From assembly GCF_026210795.1 (NCBI RefSeq), contig NC_089434.1, positions 4,464,001 through 4,528,000 on the forward strand: DNA of 64,000 bases, given 5' to 3'. This DNA comes from Rhizophagus irregularis (lineage: Eukaryota). Below are positions 1 to 12,322 of the stretch, piece after piece. How positions within the stretch are numbered: the stretch's first letter is position 1; each line of letters begins with the position of its first letter. The notes under the pieces were generated by a model. It was given only the letters and a program-made list of their open reading frames with translations, was not told where the DNA came from and made no database searches. The position numbers and the translations under genes are program-made.

Positions 1-12
1 CCTGTTGGAAAT

Positions 13-264
13 TTATTTAAAGGTAATAAAATATTCTTCCAGATTATTCGGTAAGAAGTGGGTGATAACATTATAGAATTTCACGTGATTCTCGTTGGTA
101 ATAGCGAGAATATTCGTAAACACCTGAAAATATATCCATAGAAAAGGTACGGATACTTGACACCAGGTTTTATTTACTAAACTACATGAATGCAAAGAAT
201 TGACTGAGATCATCATGTAATTCAGTAAAATTAAGAAGAGACAATCTCTTATGAGTGATGCCAT
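13..264 (-). pseudogene. F-box-like N-terminal fragment (Glomeromycotina F-box/LRR type), truncated or continuing past the window edge
   Basis: MASLIRDCLFLIL...SLHSCSLVNKTWCQVSVPFLW matches the LHSC.LVN..W....P.LW F-box pattern, also seen at 58.5-59.4 kb. The frame stops after 83 aa. Confidence 0.65.
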
Positions 265-886
265 ATTGTTAAAAGTGATAAATGCGATTATGAGAATTAT
301 AAATTATTAAAAAGCGCCTCTCTAGCGAAAAGGAAATTTTGAAATTGAAGAGAAAAGGAAAAAATTACAGCTGAAAGATATGAATGCATATTTATATAAA
401 AATTTGTCAAGACTAATCGTAAATTAGAAATTACTATATATGTTTAGTTTAGTTAATAATGTTTGATGAAATACTAGGGGCTTACATGCTTTTCATGCGA
501 GCATGTTCAATTCTTAAAAAAAAAGATAAAATTTTTTTGATTGTTTGAATCAATAAAACAATCATCAGAAGATAAATATTTAATGGTCTTGATTTTCAAA
601 TTAGAGAAATCTGCTGTGTCCCAATGATGACACTTTTTCTTCCATTTAAGATAATTATTGAAAGTGCAGCGTTTTTTGTATGACATTAACTTAATAAATC
701 ATGAACTTCTATTGGAAACCAATAAATTTTATTTTAGAAATAAAAATAAATATTTCTTCATTGAAATTGATAAGTTTATTTCAGAGATAAAATAAAAGAT
801 GTTTCAAAATTCAAAATTCAAAAATTAAAAATTCAAAATTAACGTTAATATTTATTTTTGTGGCTAAAATGACAATCATTTTAAAG

Positions 887-1012
887 TTTTCTTGTGTAAC
901 ATCTACATCAATTAATAATCTTGATACACAAGCAGACAAGCTATTATTGTTTGGTAAGAAATTTCTTCTTGTGTAACATCTACATCAATGATATCAAATA
1001 ATCTTGATACAC
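887..1012. repeat. Short tandem duplication (2 copies)
   Basis: ttcttgtgtaacatctacatcaat...aataatcttgatacac occurs at about 889 and about 966. Confidence 0.7.
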
Positions 1013-2913
1013 ACTCGTTGAGATTTCCATATGTGGTTTAATTTGTAATTAAAAGATTTATTAAGATAATTGATTTGCTTATCTGTTTTATTTGTTCAAA
1101 TATGTGAGAACAATTCGGACTTATCTTCCGCAAAATTTTTATTATGAGAAGGCATAGTATATATGATAACGGCTTTTCTTTCCTCGCATCGTAATAATAA
1201 ATTATTTTTCGTTTAATAAATTAGTGTTCGCTCAATTAAGAGATTTGTGTTACCTTAATAAATAAAGTTTTAAAAATAATTAATGTTTAATGTTATTGAT
1301 AATGTGAAATATAAAATATTTTATACGCCATGCACCACTTTGCAGAAACCCGTGATTTGTTACCATGCAGTTAAGAAATCGTCATCAAATCACAACGATC
1401 TATTATCCAACATGTGACGACATAGTATCAAACGATCTCATGAAATTGTCGATATCAATAGAAGTTGTAAAATGCTACTAAATAGGTGTGAATATGGTAA
1501 ATAGGTGGAATAACACCGAGAATTAGTAGTGAAAATTAATCTAAGATATTTCTTAGATGTATTAAATATTATTTGGTGATGAATCTGCCAATATACTTTA
1601 TTCATATTTTTATATAAATTTTATTCTGTATGATAATTTTTTAACACGTGGTATTATAAAATAACTATAGTTTGATCTAAACTATTTTTTAACTTTTTTT
1701 TTTCAACAAAAATCCTCCCTTTCGCTCTTTACCTTTCATTCCCCATTTCTTTCCTTTATTTTTCTCTTCGTTCCTTCTCCCCTTCGTTGTTTTATATCTT
1801 TTTTTTTAAAAAAAATTTTTTTTCTGTTAAAAAAACTCTGTTTTATAATTTGCTTAAAAAAATTATTTTTTTTTACGTTTTTTAACTTTATTTTTTTTTT
1901 ATAAAAAAATAAATTTCGGGTTTCTTCCCTCATCCTTTCCTTCTTCTCTCGTATTTTATTAAAAAGAGTTGAAGAGAACCCACAAAAAAAATCAAATTCT
2001 ATAACAGTAACGAAACATTATAACATTTCAATTTTTTTTTTTTTTTAGGCTGCTCCCTCGGTCCCCTATACGATATTTCGTTAGGAAAAAAAATAGGAGA
2101 GTTTATTTAGAATATGAAACATTTAATAATATAAATTTGAGACATGTTTATTCATTTGTAATATTTACCCGTTGTAGTTCCGGCTTTACTATTCCAAATG
2201 TGACCGCAGCACCACCTGCGCCTTCTTCGGACTCCGTATCACTAAATGGTGCTGCGCGCGTGAAGTTTTGCTCGTTTGGTAACTAAATGTGCATAATACA
2301 CTTGCGGTACCTACTTAAATATAAGACTATTATTACTATTACTGCATACAATAATAATAAATGCAATTTAAAATCTTACCAGAGATACCGAACGCATACT
2401 TCGCGCGTATAAATAACAATGACAATGTTTGTAACCTAAATTATTAAATACATAAATTAGTTACTAGTATATTAAATTTATTAAATTAAATTAAAATTAA
2501 CTTACATGTCTGGATTAAAGCCATTATCATCTTATAGAACATAATAGTGAGCTGACCGAGATGTCCCTAATAGCCCAGCGTGACTTTGCAAATCTATTAT
2601 CATATTTGCTCCATTATCAGTTGCTTATCAAGGATTCTAAAATCATTTATTAATGTTTGTTATAAATTGTATATGTTAATATAAATTAAAAAAATTAAAA
2701 TTACTTACAAAAGTCGAATTCAAACGGATGGGTTATAACAGTATCGATTACTGTACCAAGAAGACAATTTCCCGATCACATCTATCTATTGAGAAAATGG
2801 GACTAAGGAATGAATTCATTCCACCGAGTTTCACGTTAATTTTAGACGAACGTTCGCACAATATTGTTTTTTAATCTGCTTTGTGTATTTACTCTGGACA
2901 CACTGAGTCGCAA

Positions 2914-3074
2914 TGTTGTGCCCCAAATCTCAATATGCCCCAAATTGGCGATAATCATCGATGATTACTATATGTGAAAAGTAATGCTTTGAAAATTCTT
3001 AAGGTATTATAAAGATGGGCCGATAATTTAGGCCGATCGTTGATTTGGGGCAATCGTCAATTTGGGGCACAACA
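2914..3074. mobile_element. 161-bp MITE with TGT...ACA termini and 4-bp TSD (Ginger-like)
   Basis: TIR tgttgtgccccaaat / atttggggcacaaca; TSD gcaa at 2910-2913 and 3075-3078. Removing it restores the Argonaute GVATQC motif. Confidence 0.85.
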
Positions 3075-3116
3075 GCAACACCCGATGACAATGTCGCTCA
3101 TAATTATTGTCCCGTG

Positions 3117-3774
3117 TAGGGATGGCAACGGTCACGGTCATTAACCGATTATGACCGGTCATGACCGTGACCGATATCGGTCGGTCAAGACTTCTGACCG
3201 ACCGTTTGACCGACAGTTTGACCGACCGGTTTGACCGACCGTTTGACCGATCATTATCACCGCAACATTTTTATTTAAAAAACGTTGCGAAAACGTTTTT
3301 TATTAATAATTTAACGTTTTTCGCAAACGGGTTTTAATTAATTTAACAAAAAACGTTGCGAAAACGTTTTTTATTAATAATTTAACGTTTTTCGCAAACG
3401 TTTTTAATTAATTTAACAAAAAAATGTTGCGAAAACGTTTTTTATTAATGATTTAACATTTTTCGCAAACGTTTTTAATTAATTTAACAAAAAACGTTGC
3501 GAAAACGTTTTTATTAATAATTTAATTAAAAAAAAACGTTTTCGCAACGTTTTTTAATTATTTTAATAAAAAAAAAACGGTTTCGCACGTTTTTTTAATT
3601 GCCTTAATAAAAACGCTGCGAAAATGTGTTTTATAATGATCGGTCAAACCGGTCGGTCAAACGGTCGGTCAAACGGTCAGCCATAGCGGTCGGTCAGAAC
3701 GGTCGGTCGGTCAAAGGTTCTTGACCGGTTATGACCGACCGATGACCGACCATGACCGACCGTTGCCATCCCTA
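3117..3774. mobile_element. hAT-type non-autonomous element (658 bp)
   Basis: TIR tagggatggcaacggtc / gaccgttgccatcccta; 8-bp TSD gtcccgtg at 3109-3116 and 3775-3782; dense subterminal GACCG repeats; internal ~70-bp aaaacgttgcgaaaacg repeats. Confidence 0.95.
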
Positions 3775-5706
3775 GTCCCGTGTTAGGAATGATGCATAGT
3801 ATTAGTTGTGGTTGGGCCTTGGCACTATTGCCTTAATATTTCCCTGAGAATTTGCATGTAAAATGAGAGGATTTTGATTTGGTATATTCTGTGGTTATAA
3901 TAATATTAATTAGAAACTTGAATGATTCATAAAAGAATAATTCATTAAAAAATGGATTAACTTATTCACTTACCATCCCTGTATCTTAATACACGGTTGC
4001 TAGTTCTCTTACAAACGTAGAAACAACATGATCGGGTAAAACGTCAGAGCTTAAAAAAGCCAAAACACACTAAGAGCTGAAGGTGGCCCCGATTGCAAGT
4101 TTCTTATTACGTAAGTTCCAAGTTTCATCTGTAGGGTTGGATACAATTCTCTCTTGATGACGGATGATAATTAATTGTTGAGGTGGAAAGAACTCTAGCA
4201 TCCACCTGTTCGTGTTAACTTTTATTTTGAGGTTTTGATTGTTTTCTAAAACATTTGATGGTTCCTTTCAGAAAGGCCCCTAAGGAGATCCAAATTCCAA
4301 TATTTTTGTTAAAATTTGTATAAGTGGACGTCATTTTGATTGAAAGCGGTTGCACTTAATAAGTAGTTATTATTGTAAAGGTATTTATGGAATTATGTGT
4401 AATTCTTTTCTACTATTCTGTTGCCATATAGCCTCTCATGATACTGCCACGCCTGATTCTGCCAATGTTTCCATTTCTTGAAGTTTGTATCCATACTATT
4501 ACTTCTGTAGCTGGTACTTGTTTCACTTTAAATGCTGTTGCACTTGCTGATGAGCTCACTGATGCTTCTACTTCTGCTAAAGCATACTAATCTATGGTAA
4601 TTATAAACTCTGGTTAAGGATAATCATATTTAATAATTTTAAGAACTGGTAATATCTTGACTCATAGGATGTTTTGATATTATTTAGATTGTTTGATATT
4701 TTTGACTGGTTATAGGATTAATTGATATATTTGATAGAGAACAAAAAAGGGGGAAACCATTTGATTTATCACAAATTCTTAACCTATTTATATTTAATTT
4801 TTAACACATGAAGCTTATCTGTTTTTAAGTAACACCTGGATGAAATTTCAAGATTTCAGTTTATGCTAACTCCAATTACCATTACAGCCACAAAATAAAC
4901 ATGTTAAGGCTTAAAATATAGGCTTAGTAATATTTACATTGCTAATCCTGAATCTTATCCAATATGTACACAGCATACATTATATATGATAACAGACTAT
5001 TCTACACTAACTAACTTTAAAGTACCTATTATTACATAGTATTTGGTAAAAATTGGTATAAAGATAGTTGAATTATAGAAAAAGACAAGCAATTAATATG
5101 TTATTAATAATCAATGATACCACTTTTATTAGCAGGATATTTTAAATTCTAAATTATACCAAACTTGTAAAGTATATGTATATATATAACTAGTGAGAAA
5201 ATTTATTCCTATGTTTATTATGAGTGGATTGACAAATTATATTGCATTCTTGATATTTATTTAATAAATAAATTACAATCTAATTACAATGCTTCAATTT
5301 TCTTAATAATAAATTTGTAAGTTATTTTCATCATTGACTAAACCTGACCATATTTGAGTAACTAATATACTGTTTTAAAATAAAATAAATTTTATCATAA
5401 ATTATACCATTGAAAATAGTTAACTAAAGAGACAATAGAATTATACTCCAAAGATCTTATACTAAAATTGAGTTTTAAATTGCAATTTGATCATTATTAC
5501 ACTTTATTCTATAATAACTATCATAATACAATATACAACTGAAGCTTGAATTTGTAATGTTAATCATTTATAGTACAAAAATCTTTCTTACTATAAATTC
5601 CAATTATGCATAAATAATTTTTATTTAACATTCTTATTCTTGAAAAGTCAAACTTTATTGGTAAAGTCAATAAAAAAAATTCTGGAAAGATAAATTGATT
5701 CAACCC

Positions 5707-7756
5707 ATTATAAAAGAATTGGAAGACACTTGATAATGATAGGAGACGAATATGACTTACACAATTCACCAAATTTAATACATTGCGAAGGTTGTTTTAG
5801 AAATATAAGTAAAAAGAAAGGAAAAAAGGAATGTCTGATTTATATAAACAATGACATTAGTAGAAAAATAGAAAAACGAAAAGAAAATGAATTCATAAAA
5901 CCTTACGAAACACTTAATAACATCTTAGAAAAGAATATCTGGTTGAAAAACCAAACAGAAGAAGAAAGAGTCGATATATTTTATAATAAGAAAATCGAAA
6001 TTATAGATAATATAATAAAAGCGAACGAGGAATTTATAAATATTATGAAAAATAGTATCTTCGAAAGATCAGATTTAGTAAATGATATCAAGAAATTTTT
6101 TATTATAATCGAAGTTTCAAAAAATAAATCGATAGTAGACGATAAAGGTAAACGATCAAGTTTATACAGCATAGCTTGGAAAATCAGGAATTTTAATATA
6201 AACAATAGTGACGACGAGATATTTTTTATGGCAAAATACGAAAGTGTGGTGGAAAATGAATTTAAAATAATTTTGAGAAGTTTAATTTTAGGACTAATGA
6301 TAATAACAGAAAATAGCGAAATAATTTTAGGATTAAATGATAATGTAGTCAAAGTAATTTTAGAATTTATTAATAATTGTAGCAATAGACGTAAAATAGA
6401 TAGCGATTATTATTTAGAATTACTTTTTATAGAAAATTTTTTGGAAAAAAATGAGATACAATTATTGGAAGTAGATGAGAAAATCTTAGATAATGTCATA
6501 GAATTAAAGACAAATTTAAAAGAACTTCTAAAAACCAAATCCATTACAGATATGATAAAAAATGAGTTCGAATTAATAGATGAGGCTTTAGTGGTAAACG
6601 AATTCAATTTGATATGGAAAAATAAAATTATAACAGGAGGCCTTAGAACATGGCGGAAAAAAATTACGAACGCTATTTGGAAAAACGAAATATTAAATAG
6701 CGAAAAACTTGATGATCTTTTTGTATACAATTATAAGAAGGAATTTGATTGGGTGTCTACTTTAAATTTTATAAGTAATAGAATTAATTTTTCCACAAGG
6801 CAATGCGGTGACAAAGACACGAGAGAACGATCATATAGAATCAAGAATATGTTGAGAGAACTTCCAACATATAGTATTTTATACAAAAGAGATACGAATA
6901 AAATAAATTCACCAATTTGTATAAGATGTGGGAAAGAAGAAGAGGTTTGGGAACATGTTTGGGTTTGCGAGGCCAACGAATTCTCAATCGATGAAATAAT
7001 TCAAGAATCACCATATAGATTTGAATTAGAACTAGAAGCACACGGCAAAAATAAAGAGATAGAAATACTTAGAGATCATCTCTGTAATTTTTTAATGATA
7101 CTCGAAAGTCCTTCATTAATATTACAAGGAAAAAGTAGAAAATGGGAATTGATCAGAGGAATTTTCAACGATAAATTTAATGACCTATCAAAAATAAAAG
7201 AAGAAAAGACGACGATTAAAGAACTTTGGAATTTTATATACGACGAATTAAAGAAAAGAATTTGGATACCACGATGCGAAGAAATTAAATTTCTAGAAGA
7301 AAAGGAAGGGATAACAAAATTGGATTTGAAATTAAGAAAGCAGAAACTGAAAGATGATCATAACGAAGAATCAGAATTAGAAAAAATTAAAAACAACAAA
7401 AATACAAAAACAAAAGAAAATAAAAATAAAAACAAGACAAACAAAATCAAAAATAATCAAATTAAAATAGTAACTTTGGGAAAGTTAACGAACGCAGTAA
7501 CAGATGGTTTAAATATAGATAAAATTTGGGATACATCAACGAAATTACCATTTTATTAGAATAGAAAATTTTACATAGTTTTATTTCAAGCACTAATTTT
7601 TAGTTTTAGTAATTTAGAAATTTTTATTTTTTTATTTTTTCGAAAATTACTTAGTTATAGGGTTTTACAAAATTTATTTTTGTTTAGCTCTAGGTATTTT
7701 TATATTTAATTATGTAATTGTTTTCGCAATTCTAAATAATTAATAAAATGCATTAC

Positions 7757-7787
<31 letters not shown>
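5707..7787 (+). mobile_element. 5'-truncated non-LTR retrotransposon (LINE), recent insertion
   Basis: 15-bp TSD aaattgattcaaccc at 5692-5706 and 7785-7799; poly-A 7763-7787; open ORF2 C-terminal frame followed by a T-rich 3' UTR. Confidence 0.93.
5730..7559 (+). CDS. LINE ORF2 C-terminal region (degenerate RNase H-like segment, CCHC zinc knuckle); no RT domain retained
   Basis: 609-aa frame, open from the 5' junction; CIRCGKEEEVWEHVWVC zinc knuckle, ELPT motif and IWIPRC motif typical of LINE ORF2 C-termini. Confidence 0.85.
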   Translation: MIMIGDEYDLHNSPNLIHCEGCFRNISKKKGKKECLIYINNDISRKIEKRKENEFIKPYETLNNILEKNIWLKNQTEEERVDIFYNKKIEIIDNIIKANEEFINIMKNSIFERSDLVNDIKKFFIIIEVSKNKSIVDDKGKRSSLYSIAWKIRNFNINNSDDEIFFMAKYESVVENEFKIILRSLILGLMIITENSEIILGLNDNVVKVILEFINNCSNRRKIDSDYYLELLFIENFLEKNEIQLLEVDEKILDNVIELKTNLKELLKTKSITDMIKNEFELIDEALVVNEFNLIWKNKIITGGLRTWRKKITNAIWKNEILNSEKLDDLFVYNYKKEFDWVSTLNFISNRINFSTRQCGDKDTRERSYRIKNMLRELPTYSILYKRDTNKINSPICIRCGKEEEVWEHVWVCEANEFSIDEIIQESPYRFELELEAHGKNKEIEILRDHLCNFLMILESPSLILQGKSRKWELIRGIFNDKFNDLSKIKEEKTTIKELWNFIYDELKKRIWIPRCEEIKFLEEKEGITKLDLKLRKQKLKDDHNEESELEKIKNNKNTKTKENKNKNKTNKIKNNQIKIVTLGKLTNAVTDGLNIDKIWDTSTKLPFY

Positions 7788-8334
7788 TTGATTCAACCCC
7801 TTCATAGTTCTCAATTATTCAATTGTGCAACATGAAATATGACTGTGCCCAATTTATTCCACATTTATTATAGTTAAATTAATTTGGTCGGCTATCATGT
7901 CATGATTATCATGTAAATCATGAGATTTGTGGCTTATCCAATTCCGGCTAAGTCAGATATTTTTTTTGACAAAATTTGTACACGTATGTATTTGTAATTT
8001 GTTCCTTTCATGTTGAAAAAAAAAAATTTTTGCCCTGTTATATGCTGCGGCCAATTGCATCGTATAAAATATCTTTTTCCAATTCTTACAACCAAAATTT
8101 TTTCTGAAACTTTAATATTTTATTTATTTGTTTTTTTCTTAAAACCGAAAAAATTTCTTTAATTGGTTTTTATTAGCTAAAAGTTTTAATTTTTTTAAAA
8201 ATATTTTATTTTCAGTAAAGTTGAATTTTTTTTATTATTACCTCTAAATATTAATCAAAATTTAATTGTTATATTAAGTTAAACTCATCAACTGTAGTGA
8301 ACAGGTTATAGTTAGTAAATAACCAAGAATTTTT

Positions 8335-8615
8335 CCAAAACAATAATAAGCCAATTTTCACAAACAGTATAATAAGCCAATTTCTAAGCCAAATTTCCAC
8401 AACAGTTTCAAAACAATAACAAGCCATAAGCCAATTTCCAGTTTAAAAGCAATAATAAGCCAATTTCTACAAACAGTTTCAAAACAATAATAAGCCAATT
8501 TCCACAAACAGTTTCAAACCAATAATAAGCCAATTTCCGCAAACAGTTAAAAACAATAATAAGCCAATTTCCACAAACAGTTTCAAAACAATAATAAGCC
8601 AAATAATAAGCTAAT
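8335..8615. repeat. Tandem minisatellite, ~35-bp unit, about 8 imperfect copies
   Basis: Unit aataataagccaatttccacaaacagtttcaaaac. It lies downstream of the hAT transposase and may be subterminal. Confidence 0.85.
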
Positions 8616-9973
8616 TTCTTTATTTGTCAAATCACACTTGTGGCTGGCACTATAAACATCAAATATCCTCCTATAGATTAGTGATGCAACTCTAAAATAT
8701 TAATGATTTATTATTTAAATTTTAGTTTCTAAAAATTGATTAACTAAAACAATAGGATTAAAAATCCAATGATATCGTCTAATACTGAATTAGTATGTGT
8801 TTGCATTTCTATTTCTCTTCAGAGATAATTTCACAAACAGTAGAAATACTTGCAATTTCTTTTAATTTTAATATACTAATTCATTCTTATATTTGTCAAA
8901 TAAATAAGAATGAATTTTGATATACTTAACATCAGGACTTGTACGTTTATCTCCAATCATCCATTTAGGTATGGAAAAATTTCGTTCACAACCTTACTTG
9001 TGAAGGGGTCATACCAAATAATCCTTATTTTTTAAAACTTATAGAACCCCACCAAAGTTCAAGTGTATCTATACCCATTTCAATTTTTGATCAAACCACC
9101 TAAATTGACTGAGAAGTTTTCTGCATTATTCTTCAGGATTTCAGGATAACCTAAGTTCTGCCAAAGAGTTGTAGCAGCAATTGCAGCATTTCTGAATCCA
9201 TCATCATTAACACCTAAAGCTAAAAACAATAATTTTAATAAAATTTTTAAAATGATAATCAAACTTAAATATTTTACCTTTATAGTAAGGATGAAGACAA
9301 TAACATAAAAAGGTAAGAAGAATGTTGAAATTCAAGATAATATAATTAAAAACTTGAATTGCTTCATACTTGTAAAGATTTGAAGTAGAAATATGGATTT
9401 AATCATTCGAACAAAACAATCAGCTAGAACAGCTGATTTTGCTTCAAGAATATTAATGCATTCTTTGATAAAAGCTCAAATTGAATTTGACGGCAATTTA
9501 TCCTCATCCTGCATCAAAAAATGAACTTCAGAATTTAAAATAATATCATTATGTTCTAATAATATCTATTAATAATCAAGTTAGTTTTAATTGTTAGTGA
9601 TTATATAAATAATAACATAATATCTATTAAAAAATCCTATCCAGGATGACGTAAAATGAATATATGATGAGCCCTATCTAGTTTTACACCATGTTTGTAA
9701 TCCTTCAATCTTAATTTTCATATTTTTTAAACCTTGGAATAGAATTGCAGAAGCTTGATGTGAATTATTAAAAAATCTTGTAATTTTTCCACGATCTAAA
9801 ATAAGATCTTTAATATTATCAAGTTTTACAAGATCGTCTGCCATTAAATTAATAGTATGAGCTATACATCTTAAATCCCAAATATGACTATACTTTTCCA
9901 CTCCAATTTTTTCTATAATTGCAGAAATTTTTGAAGCAAAGAACTTTCCTGTATGTGATTCTGTAGAATACTT

Positions 9974-11441
9974 CCCTATAAAAATTAATTGTCCGTAAAA
10001 TGTAATAGTAAATAATTGATAAATAACGGTTATATAGATGTCTAGTAATTTAACCATTTTATATATGTATTTTAAATGTTAAATATACGGAAATTTGAAA
10101 TCTAAATGTAAATTATTTGTTTATTAAATGTACTATTCTCACTAATATGTATATAACCCATTCTATTAGTTATTCATCTGTATAATCTACATCCTTATAT
10201 ATCACGTAATAAGTAGTTTTAATCAGAAAAAACCCTACACAATGGTCTATAGCAAATGCATCAATAAATTCATGCGCTCCAGATTTTTGAAATGAGATAA
10301 GACCTGCACTATCTTCTCTAACATCTGCAGTCCAATGAATATACGTTAACATATAAGTTACTTTGTCAAATTCGTAAGCAAGATAATATTCAACCTGTTC
10401 ATAAAAAAAATTAAATAAATTAAATTATTTTTTTAAAAAAAAAATAAAGTTTTGAAGTGTTGTTCAAGACGAAACTCACCTATCCAACGAACTAGAGCCA
10501 AAATCTACAAAATAGAAAAAAAATTTTATTATAAAGTTTCGAAGTGTTATTCAAAACGAAACTCACCTATCCAACGTCCAAGAACCAGAGCCGAAACCTA
10601 CAAAATAGAAAAAAGAAATTAATAAATTAAATTATTTTTTTTAAAAAAAAAAATAAAGTTTCAAAGTGTTTTTCGAAACGAAACTCACCTATCCAACGCC
10701 CAAGAGCAGAAACCTACAAAATAAAAGAAGGAAAAAAAATTTTTTTAAATGAAAAAGTTTCAAAGCGAAACGAAACTTTAATAAAAAAAAGTTTATCACA
10801 TATACACGTGATAATCTTTGCCAGCCTATAAAATATGTTCAACCAACTTCGGAAATGATATTCGTAAAGTCATGTGTCGAAATTTAACTTTGGCTGAAAC
10901 TTAGCCAAAAGTCACATGACCAAAAATTTTTGATTTTGACTAGTGCAATAGAAATAAAGAATCTATCGAAAAGCAGCAAATTGAAAAACAAAACAAATTG
11001 CCAAATAAAATCTTCAAATTTGTATGTACCTTTTAAATGTGTAATAAATAATTGATTTATAGTGTTAATATTAGAAAATCGACACCGCAGCTAACATTTC
11101 GTAAATCATCTCGTAAAAAAGACAAATGTTGGAAAACGTCTAATTGAAGATAATAATTCAAGCAAACCTGTCAATAAATGACGATATAAAAGAAAATAAA
11201 AGTCATAAATTTTACAATAGGAATTTACTATACGTAAATTGACCTTATTATGTAATGATTGCATTTTGCATTATGTTTAAACACGTTATTTGAATGTATG
11301 TTAAGTTAGTTCTTGTTTATGTTTACAATACAACTTACGAATATTTAATTAAAATTATGTTCAAATTATAAACAAACAATGATTTTCAAATAATATATGG
11401 TCAAATAACATACATTTTATGGAAATTGTGTTTTCATAGGG
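9974..11441 (-). mobile_element. Non-autonomous CCC...GGG TIR element with 3-bp TSD (CMC/CACTA-like), carrying a micro-exon array and a residual coding exon
   Basis: Ends ccctata (9974) / cataggg (11441); TSD ctt at 9971-9973 and 11442-11444. Excision rejoins the hAT reading frame. Confidence 0.85.
10170..10394 (-). pseudogene. Residual terminal exon, probably from a CMC-type transposase C-terminus
   Basis: After a CAG acceptor: VEYYLAYEFDKVTYMLTYIHWTADVREDSAGLISFQKSGAHEFIDAFAIDHCVGFF. The family assignment comes from recalled similarity and context only. Confidence 0.5.
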
Positions 11442-12161
11442 CTTACTTAAAGTGACTAAATATTCAAAAAAAGTTGGTTTATTATTATTAATCATTTCAT
11501 TTCCATTATGCATCGGTTTTGTTTTAAACCCAGATTTTTTAAAAAAAAATTTAAAAAATTTTCTTTTTTTCCTTCCTTCCGGTTCTTTTAAGGCCGTTTT
11601 ATTTTAATCAGTTTTTTAAACCAGATTTTCAATTAATTTAATTTTTTTCTTGCAAATTTTAATAAAATTTTGTTCATCTCTTTCATAAGACACTAGCCAC
11701 TCACTAGCCCCACCTTTGTTACAAGAACCTGGAGGTGTGTTTCAGAATACTTTCAAAGACTCTTTTTTTTAAAAAAAACATTTTAATACGCAATAACTTT
11801 TATTTATTTTTTTTTTTAGAAGAATGGCTCCCAATATAGTTTCGGAAATTTTGAAAAAATGTTAAAATGTTATTAATAGAGTTAAAAGGACATTTATCAT
11901 TATAGGAAAATTTATATCTATGTTTATTGAACAATTTAGTTTTATTATAGATTAGAATAATTCGTATGATTAGATTTAGGATAGAACAATTTAATATTTC
12001 TAAAATAAAGTTTATAGTACATCAATTTTAAAATAAATAAACTATAACTTTACTGCAACTTTAATATTTGTTTACTATATTAAACTTAAACATGCATTTA
12101 ATATAATTTAAATATACATTCACTATATGTTTTCGATTTCAATACTATTTTTGCACGAGCT

Positions 12162-12322
12162 CCCAGTAAATAGTTTTTATATAAATCTGTACCAAATGGG
12201 CTCATCTATATATAATTGGCTCTAGATTGGCTTAAATTTGGATTATTTTTTGCATAAATTTGAGCTAATTTCGAGCCAATGAGCCCGTTTGGTATAAATT
12301 TATACAAAAACAATTTACTGGG
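12162..12322. mobile_element. 161-bp MITE, CCCAGTA...TACTGGG, 3-bp TSD
   Basis: Imperfect TIR of about 40 bp; TSD gct at 12159-12161 and 12323-12325. Confidence 0.85.

Larger units (their letters stand above)
2060..4350 (-). pseudogene. Argonaute pseudogene (L2-MID-PIWI part), intron-containing, interrupted by two MITEs
   Basis: Minus-strand peptides: WNLRNKKLAIGATF (~4100), GVATQCVQSK (split by a MITE), INVKLGGMNSFL, GTVIDTVITHPFEFDF, RSVSL / VPQVYYAHLVTKRAK, TFGIVKPELQR. GT-AG introns, stops and frameshifts are present. Confidence 0.9.
8780..11480 (-). pseudogene. hAT transposase pseudogene, split by a CCCTAT element at 9974-11441
   Basis: EYLVTLS|KYSTESHTGKFFASKISAIIEKIG, LRCIAHTINLMADDL, ITRFFNNSH, LQTWCKTR, and a C-terminal dimerisation-like RNFSIPKWMIGDKRT. 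Many stops and frameshifts. Confidence 0.85.

Noticed and set aside
5981..7041. Minus-strand ORFs over the LINE
   Set aside because: Antisense shadows of the LINE ORF2.
8335..8615. Possible CRISPR-like array
   Set aside because: Contiguous tandem units with no unique spacers, eukaryotic context and no cas genes.
9674..10057. 127-aa ORF as a complete gene
   Set aside because: Chimeric: its N-terminus reads through the inserted CCCTAT element and only 9674-9973 is hAT transposase.
10440..10720. gaaactcacctatccaacg repeats as a CRISPR or iteron array
   Set aside because: The spacers are paralogous AT-rich intron-like sequence and the repeat coincides with splice signals.
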